Positions 23,270-29,645 of a DNA stretch of 32,000 bases are shown here, in pieces. Within the stretch, counting starts at the first letter, position 1. Each line of letters opens with the position of its first letter. The position numbers and the translations under genes were made by a program. Location of the stretch: positions 112,362-144,361 of the forward strand of contig NZ_JAHHUL010000007.1 in the NCBI RefSeq assembly GCF_019008365.1. The letters are read 5' to 3'. This DNA comes from Phosphitispora fastidiosa. GTDB lineage: Bacteria > Bacillota > Thermincolia > Thermincolales > UBA2595. The notes under the pieces were generated by a model, which did no database searches, was not told the origin of the DNA, and saw nothing but the letters and a program-made list of their open reading frames with translations.

Positions 23270-25438
23270 ATGTCTGAACTGGAATACCTGATAGATAGGT
23301 TAATAAAGTTGGCCAGAAAAAACGCTTCAGATACCGGTCTGTCGGCAGTGGAGTCCGGCCTGCCGGTCTTCACCGAGAGAACAGTAACCTACCTCTTGAG
23401 GGAAGCCTTCAGAAAGGGTGACCTTGGGAAGTCGTTCCGGATAGCCCGGGCCCAGAAGAATTTACGCCTAATGGCCCGGGTGGGCCGGATTTGGCTGAAA
23501 ATGGGTCAGAGGGATTTCGGCCTGAAAGCAGCTGTAGAATCCGGGGATGACCTGTTATTAAGGGATATTATCTCAGAACAGTGTAAAACCGGTGATGTGT
23601 TTGGGGCTTTATCCCTGGCCGGGAGTATAAAAGACCGGCGGATCAGGAATTATGCATGTGGGCAGATCGCCCAAAAGTATTTGGATCTGGGCCTTATAAA
23701 AGATGCCATTAACCTTATCCAGGGCATAGAAAACCCTGCAGACCGTTTTGATGCGGAGAAAGAAATGGCAGGGTGGCTTTTTGATGCAGGCTATTCAGTT
23801 GCTGCCCTGAGAATGGCCTCAGGTATTGAGAATGAAGGCTGCCGGGTAATGGCCATGGGAGGAATCCAGGCGAAAGTACAGGCAAAAATACAGGCAACAG
23901 TCCGGGCAACAGGTCAAAAATGCCTTGGTTACTGCAGGAAAACCCTTAAAATACTTGACACAGTCAACCAAAGCGGCTATAAGGGTCCTTGCATAAGGGA
24001 AACAGCTCTAAGCCTGCTTTTAATGGGATATCCCGGCAAGGGGCTGGCATTAATAAACAGGATTGAAGATCCGTTCGAAAAAACTTACGCCCTGGCCGAA
24101 GCATCGATAAAGCTTTTGCAGATGGGATTTGATAGAACCGGGGCATTACGCGCTTTGAAGTGGTGCCAGGACTGTATGGATAAAATGCAGGGCCTTAATT
24201 ATAATGTTTATATTACTGTTGAAGAGCCGGCCCGTTATTTTTCGATGTCTGATGATGAACATGCCAGGGTAATCTCCCATGAGCATCATTTCATGCTGGA
24301 TTTATTTGCTGATGGGGAAAAAATGATTGCGACCCTGTTAAAGCTTTCCTTCATGCTTCATGAATTGGGTTATACCGGCACAGCGTATCAGGTACTGCAA
24401 AAAGCGGTGCAGGTTAATGAAAACAGCCGTACTTACCTGGAAGACCACTCGGGCAATAAAATCCATGACTGTGACAACCTGGATAGGCTTATTTCCGAAA
24501 TGTTAAGGCAGGGATACGGCGAAGAGGCCTTCAAATTAGCAGCAGAGCTGGATACGGTACGACTGGTAAAAACATCATCAATACTATACCAGACGGGATA
24601 TGCGGATTTTGCGGCAGACCTCCTGACTGCCTGTGTCCGGGATGACAATGAACCTGGTGATATGCTCAAGTTATCCCATGAGTTATACAACCAGGGCCAG
24701 CCTAATGCGGCGGTAAAATGCCTGGACAGGTGCCTTGATAAATGTATCAATGAATATATTAAGTCTTCCGGTAATTCAGGCGGACTGGAAGAACTGTATG
24801 AAACCATGTTAGAAATATCATGGGAGTACAGCAGGCAGGGCAACCGGGGCAAGGCGCTTGAACTGCTGGATAAGTGTGTGAAGTTCGGGGTGTCAGGGGA
24901 CAATGCAAAGGCTGGGACATATTGGGCGATGTGCGGCTGCAGGGACTTCCGCTTAAGGGTTTTCCATGAGTGCCTGAAAAGGGAGTATTATGACGGGGCC
25001 TTTAAAATTTTAAGGCATTGTATCGAAGGACTGAGTGGAAGCCGTGAATACACCCAAAATAGTGAGCATATCACTGAACTGTCCCTTTTGCTGGAGAAGT
25101 CCTGCAATGAGACTGAAGCGGGCATAGCCAGTAATAAGGCTGGTTTGGATATGGTTCTTGAGGTTTTGGAATTATTGGAGGAAACAGCTGTTCCCCCGGA
25201 AACCAAACAATCCGTATACATAGACTTTATCGGCCGTATTCACCTGTACAAAAAGCGCCTGCCGGAGATTGCTGTCCGGCTGGCGCCTATGGTGTCAAAG
25301 CACAGGGAAACAGTGTTGTTATTATTGTACGCCTGTGCTGTATATGTGAGGTTTTATTCGGGATACGGTCCTTCTGAAGTGAACAGAATTTTGACTAAGG
25401 TCAGCAAAGTGATTGATGTCCATGAAATGTTTGTTTAG
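23270..25438 (+). CDS. Large alpha-helical repeat protein of unknown function (722 aa)
   Basis: Long clean ORF with RBS GGGAGAGAGG. Shows recurring ~35-aa helical-repeat-like periodicity and a short QAKVQAKIQATVRAT low-complexity tract. Confidence 0.7.
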   Translation: MSELEYLIDRLIKLARKNASDTGLSAVESGLPVFTERTVTYLLREAFRKGDLGKSFRIARAQKNLRLMARVGRIWLKMGQRDFGLKAAVESGDDLLLRDIISEQCKTGDVFGALSLAGSIKDRRIRNYACGQIAQKYLDLGLIKDAINLIQGIENPADRFDAEKEMAGWLFDAGYSVAALRMASGIENEGCRVMAMGGIQAKVQAKIQATVRATGQKCLGYCRKTLKILDTVNQSGYKGPCIRETALSLLLMGYPGKGLALINRIEDPFEKTYALAEASIKLLQMGFDRTGALRALKWCQDCMDKMQGLNYNVYITVEEPARYFSMSDDEHARVISHEHHFMLDLFADGEKMIATLLKLSFMLHELGYTGTAYQVLQKAVQVNENSRTYLEDHSGNKIHDCDNLDRLISEMLRQGYGEEAFKLAAELDTVRLVKTSSILYQTGYADFAADLLTACVRDDNEPGDMLKLSHELYNQGQPNAAVKCLDRCLDKCINEYIKSSGNSGGLEELYETMLEISWEYSRQGNRGKALELLDKCVKFGVSGDNAKAGTYWAMCGCRDFRLRVFHECLKREYYDGAFKILRHCIEGLSGSREYTQNSEHITELSLLLEKSCNETEAGIASNKAGLDMVLEVLELLEETAVPPETKQSVYIDFIGRIHLYKKRLPEIAVRLAPMVSKHRETVLLLLYACAVYVRFYSGYGPSEVNRILTKVSKVIDVHEMFV

Positions 25439-25451
25439 CCTTTATACCCAG

Positions 25452-28046
25452 TTAGTCCTGGTCCAGTCTGTAAATCTCCATTCCGGCGTCTTTGAGGATA
25501 TTCTGGTAATTAGTAACGAAGTCCACATCATATTCCCTTATTTCTACTGGAAGGTCGGACCAGGCCACGAGATGGGGGGATATTTTTTTGTCTACATCCT
25601 TTTGCTCTCCATACCGCCAGCCGCTGTTAAGCCTTTCTATGACCCATCGTCCATGTTCCATTATAGCCATCTCTTCAATTTGTGACGGTGTCAGTTCCAC
25701 AAGGCAGGGTTCTGTGGTAGTGTTTCTTATACCATACCCGCAGCTTCTTAGGATTTCTGCCATGTATTTTATGTGATGCCTGTTGGATAACTTGAGGTCC
25801 TCGTTGAGCTTGTCCCATGTTTTACGGGATGCTTCAGTGGGCTGGGTGGTATTAAGGTAGTGGGCATGTGCTGCCTGTGCTGCCTTTTCGACCTGTTCCT
25901 CAGCAAGGAAGGGCTGTGTTTTCTGCATAATAAATGCTCTGATTATCATGGGGTCAGGGGGAAGGCTGAATAGATAATTGCTGCCACCAAAGGCGGCATC
26001 TGTGGTAATTTGTGAAGCAGTGCTGCCAGCGGAACCGATAACAGCGACCCTTGCGCCCAGGGCCAGGGCCAGCTTGTATTCCAGTGCGGAGATGGTGCCT
26101 CCGCCAATACCCAGTACAGAAACTTCTGATGGTTTAACCCCTTGGGAAACCAAGTCCACCCAGTACTGAACCGGCTCTCCGGGTCCGAAACCGTGGTCAG
26201 GGGAGCAGAAGATACTGTCATAATTGTCGTCCCGTGTTGCGTCAAATGGAATTGTTTTTGGAAGGTATCCAAGCAGGCAAACAGCAATTCTGCCGTCCTT
26301 TCTCAGCTCATTTACCAGCTTGCCAACCATGCCAGGGACGCCGGAAGTGATGCCTCCCGATATTATTGTGCCCCGGAACCCTTTCAATACCTGCAGTAAA
26401 TCGTTACAGAGGATTGGACAATCTTCATCCAGACCGCTGCTGGTACTACCGGCTATGATCAGTACCGGCCGGTCAAACCCGGTGGTTTTGGCAGCGAGGC
26501 TCTTCAACACTTCCAAGGACCGGGGACTCTTATCTTCAAAGAGGCAGGCCTTCCCCACGTGCAGCACATTGGTTATCCAGGCAAGTTCAGCCGTGGTTTT
26601 ATATCCAAGTTCAGTATTTTTAAGGAACGCCAGTTCATTGTCAAAGGCCTCCTTAAAAGAGTCTTCAAAGTCGTCTTTAAAGTTACTGATATCTTTTTCC
26701 ACTTTCAAGGAGTTGCAGTAATGGATGGCGTTGATATAAGATTCCAGACTGTTTGTATATACACCAAGAATATAAAAGAAACGGCCCATAGTCAGGTATG
26801 CCCTGAGGATCTCAATACCGGCGCTGATATGGGCTTTGCAGGTAGTGATGGCCTCGTTTATGCTGTTTTTTAGCAGGGGGAAATAATCCTCTTCTTCAAT
26901 AAACTGCTCAATACAGTCTGCCAGGAAGTATGGGTTTTGCGGGTCTTTTTCGAAAGCCTGCAGGTTAAGCTGTCTGGCTGTTTTTTTATTTTGAAGCAGT
27001 TTTTGAGTCCAGGCCAGGGCTGACAGCGCCCTGGCCTGAAGAAGGTATTCTTCTTTGGTAATGGGTGCCGGACACATGCTATATTTATCTGGCAGAGCAA
27101 CATAGCCGATATATTGTTGACCTGTGTGGAATTCTTTGCTGTCAGGCTTTTTTTTGTGCTTCATGCATAAAGCATAACCCAGTTCCAGAAAAACCTGGGC
27201 CTTAAGATAGGGATTATCCATTTCGTCAACAGCCAAGCTTTGCAGGACCTCTACGATTGTATCCCATTTTTTGATAACCTCCGCGATTTTGGCTATCCGT
27301 AAGGCCAGGCCCGGTTTATTCTTTTTAGACTGCTCGTTATTAAATACGGTTTTCAGTGTTTCTATCTCGTTAGCAATATCAACCAGGTTAGAATATGTAT
27401 TGTAATTTAGTTGATAGGAATCAATAGACTGCACGAATTCACCAAACAAACTGTCGGCGTTTTCCATTAAGGCGGCCAACCTGGCACTGTCACGCCTGAG
27501 CTTGCCGGGGACACTGAAGTTACTCTTATAGATGCGGTCATGGGTTATATCTGACCATGCATGCTGAAGTATGGTACGGATCTGGATTTCGGCTTTCCTA
27601 GGCCCGATGGATTCAGGTATATCAATACCCAGTACCGGCTTTTGAGGCAGGGATATGACATAGTGGACGGAACGGTAGCCGAACTGGTCCTTCTGCAGGC
27701 GGGAACTGACATCCAGGCTGTTTTCCCAGTCAATAATAAAATTTGCTTCTATAAACTTGCTGATGGCATCAACCTGGGCCAGGGTATGGGTAATTACCCG
27801 GGCCCCGCATAAATCGGTGAACTGATAAGCCGGTTGACTATACTTGGACCGCTTTCTGACTGCCTTCTCAGCAAAGCTCGACAGATTCTTTGCCCTGGCC
27901 TGAACTATGGCATTGGGAGCATATGAATCACAGGCCTTCTCCAGAATCTGCCTTAAGATGCCGGCATATTCTTTATAAAAGCTATATTCTTCAGAGTACT
28001 TATTAATCTGCTCCAGGTGCCAGTTTTTATCAATTGTTGATGACAA
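25452..28046 (-). CDS. RelA/SpoT-type nucleotidyl (pyrophospho)transferase fused to a helical linker, a SLOG (LOG-like) domain and C-terminal tandem RyR domains
   Basis: TTG start 6 nt after GGGAGGTG. Synthetase motifs: LCGARVITH, FGYRSVHYV, EIQIRTILQHAWSDITHDRIYK. SLOG motifs: LIIAGSTSSG...ISGGITSGVPGMVG...GIGGGTISALEYKLALALGARV. RyR motif: MEHGRWVIERLNSGWRYGEQKDVDKKISPHLVAWSDLPVEIREYDVDFV. Confidence 0.85.
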   Translation of the reverse strand: MSSTIDKNWHLEQINKYSEEYSFYKEYAGILRQILEKACDSYAPNAIVQARAKNLSSFAEKAVRKRSKYSQPAYQFTDLCGARVITHTLAQVDAISKFIEANFIIDWENSLDVSSRLQKDQFGYRSVHYVISLPQKPVLGIDIPESIGPRKAEIQIRTILQHAWSDITHDRIYKSNFSVPGKLRRDSARLAALMENADSLFGEFVQSIDSYQLNYNTYSNLVDIANEIETLKTVFNNEQSKKNKPGLALRIAKIAEVIKKWDTIVEVLQSLAVDEMDNPYLKAQVFLELGYALCMKHKKKPDSKEFHTGQQYIGYVALPDKYSMCPAPITKEEYLLQARALSALAWTQKLLQNKKTARQLNLQAFEKDPQNPYFLADCIEQFIEEEDYFPLLKNSINEAITTCKAHISAGIEILRAYLTMGRFFYILGVYTNSLESYINAIHYCNSLKVEKDISNFKDDFEDSFKEAFDNELAFLKNTELGYKTTAELAWITNVLHVGKACLFEDKSPRSLEVLKSLAAKTTGFDRPVLIIAGSTSSGLDEDCPILCNDLLQVLKGFRGTIISGGITSGVPGMVGKLVNELRKDGRIAVCLLGYLPKTIPFDATRDDNYDSIFCSPDHGFGPGEPVQYWVDLVSQGVKPSEVSVLGIGGGTISALEYKLALALGARVAVIGSAGSTASQITTDAAFGGSNYLFSLPPDPMIIRAFIMQKTQPFLAEEQVEKAAQAAHAHYLNTTQPTEASRKTWDKLNEDLKLSNRHHIKYMAEILRSCGYGIRNTTTEPCLVELTPSQIEEMAIMEHGRWVIERLNSGWRYGEQKDVDKKISPHLVAWSDLPVEIREYDVDFVTNYQNILKDAGMEIYRLDQD

Positions 28047-28049
28047 TGT

Positions 28050-28484
28050 TTACACCTCCCCTTTGATGCTGAGTAAATAATCTAAAGCCTTCCTGTATTT
28101 CTCATGCCGTTTATAGCTTTTAGAGGTTGGATCTTTAATCCTGTTCAAATCAAGGTTGTCTGTCAGATCAGCGATCTTAACAGCAGTGGCCAGGGGGTTA
28201 GCGGATACTTTTAATAAGTACTGATCATATGGTTCGTCTTGATGGCGGGTAAGGCAGGACAGCGCCTCTATAATGTTGTCAGGTACTCCTTCTTCCCTGA
28301 GCCTTTCGGGTGAGCACCCTCCGTCTTCGATGGTATCGTGAAGCACTGCGGTAATCATTTCCTCTTCATTTGAAGTATTCAGCATTACCCTGAGACAATG
28401 CAGCATATATGGTTTTCCTGCCTTGTCCTGCTGGCCCTCATGTGCCCGGGCAGCAAGAATGACGGCTTTTTCCAGATTAAACAG
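28050..28484 (-). CDS. Small HD-domain alarmone hydrolase-like protein (SAH-like); start uncertain, possibly CTG at 28484
   Basis: The track ORF starts at ATG 28406, but the frame stays open upstream to a TGA at 28491-28493. That extension encodes NLEKAVILAARAHEGQQDKAGKPY, the conserved first His segment of RelA/SpoT-type HD hydrolases. LHDTIEDGG lies downstream. RBS AAGGGAG lies 9 nt before CTG 28484, and there is no ATG/GTG/TTG in between. Confidence 0.7.
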   Translation of the reverse strand: MFNLEKAVILAARAHEGQQDKAGKPYMLHCLRVMLNTSNEEEMITAVLHDTIEDGGCSPERLREEGVPDNIIEALSCLTRHQDEPYDQYLLKVSANPLATAVKIADLTDNLDLNRIKDPTSKSYKRHEKYRKALDYLLSIKGEV

Positions 28485-28576
28485 AAAAAATCACTCCCTT
28501 AAGCAGGTAATTTACAAATAAATGGAGAAAATCCACGAATATTATAATTCGCCAAATTATAGCAGTTTCCTTTTGG

Positions 28577-29332
28577 TTATATCGCGGCAGCAATCAGGAT
28601 GCGGCGAAACGGGTAGAAGACTTCCCCGGATGGACAATACTGCCTGGCTTTGACACGATACCTTTGGACAAAGGTATTATGAATCTGTTGTGGCAGGCAT
28701 TCAAAATAGGGGAGAAGTACAGTACCTGAAACCCAATCAGTCAGGGCGTCAATATTTTCTAATATATGTGGATAGACCTTTTCTATAACGGTTATTTTTT
28801 GGCAGCCGAAATCGTGCAGAATTGTTGCATATTGATTAATGGAGAGAACCGGGGATACTCTGAACCACTGCTTTAGTATGGTGCGAAACGGTTCCTCTCG
28901 GGCAACATCAGCAACAAGTCCGTGAGAAAGATAATTCTCACAAGACGGTATTTGAAGGGCTAGCTGTCCGTTTGGGTTGAGAAGTGAGAGCAGTTTTGGA
29001 ATCAGTTCCTCATGACTATCGACCCACTGGATGGCTGAGTGAGAAAAAACCAGGTCCCAGCTTCCGGTGGCATTTTCAATAGACCGAAGTTCAAAATCTA
29101 ATCCCGGGCATGCAAATTGAACTGATTGTGCCAGCATCTCTACTGAGGAGTCTATTCCGAGTACCTTCCCATCCGGAATCATATCAAGTATTTTTCTGGT
29201 CAGTTCCCCTGTGCCGCAGCCCAGGTCTATAACCTTCATTCCTGGATTAACAGTTATCATATTTATCAGGTCATTAAAGGGTTGGAAACGTTCTGCTTTA
29301 AATTTCAGGTATGAATCAGGATTCCAAACCAT
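28577..29332 (-). CDS. Class I SAM-dependent methyltransferase, trans-aconitate methyltransferase (Tam)-like
   Basis: MVWNPDSYLKFKAERFQPFNDLI at the N-terminus, and VIDLGCGTGELT as motif I. RBS AAGGAGG lies 7 nt upstream. Confidence 0.8.
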   Translation of the reverse strand: MVWNPDSYLKFKAERFQPFNDLINMITVNPGMKVIDLGCGTGELTRKILDMIPDGKVLGIDSSVEMLAQSVQFACPGLDFELRSIENATGSWDLVFSHSAIQWVDSHEELIPKLLSLLNPNGQLALQIPSCENYLSHGLVADVAREEPFRTILKQWFRVSPVLSINQYATILHDFGCQKITVIEKVYPHILENIDALTDWVSGTVLLPYFECLPQQIHNTFVQRYRVKARQYCPSGEVFYPFRRILIAAAI

Positions 29333-29645
29333 TCAGCGGCCTCCTTAATATTTAGTGTACCTAAATTGTTGGCCGTTTTTTTGCACATCAGATATATTAC
29401 CTTAAATATATGATATAGGCACATCGTGCCGGTGTAAATGGGTTAGTACCAAATTCTTACCACGGAAAAGGGAGTTTGTGTGTTAAAGCTGAAGAGGGAG
29501 AAGTAGTAATACTTGAAATTAAAGACGGTAAAGACGGTATAGAGGAATTCTTTCCCAAAGAAAGAATGATGGATGAGTCTGGTGATGGCGATGACTTTTA
29601 AGTTTGCGTGGATTTGGGTACAGGAAATTTTCGGGAGGGATAGTA

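Noticed and set aside
24433-24903. 156-aa Ser-rich minus-strand ORF inside the 722-aa helical-repeat gene
   Set aside because: Antisense to a long clean ORF, low-complexity in composition, and lacking an RBS.
29419-29601. Small acidic ORF (~42 aa from TTG 29476: LCVKAEEGEVVILEIKDGKDGIEEFFPKERMMDESGDGDDF) in the divergent intergenic region
   Set aside because: The only start candidate sits 1 nt after the GGGAG, which is too close for an RBS, and I recognise no motif. The minus-strand 80-aa track ORF (29443-29685) also lacks support. The region is more likely divergent promoters.
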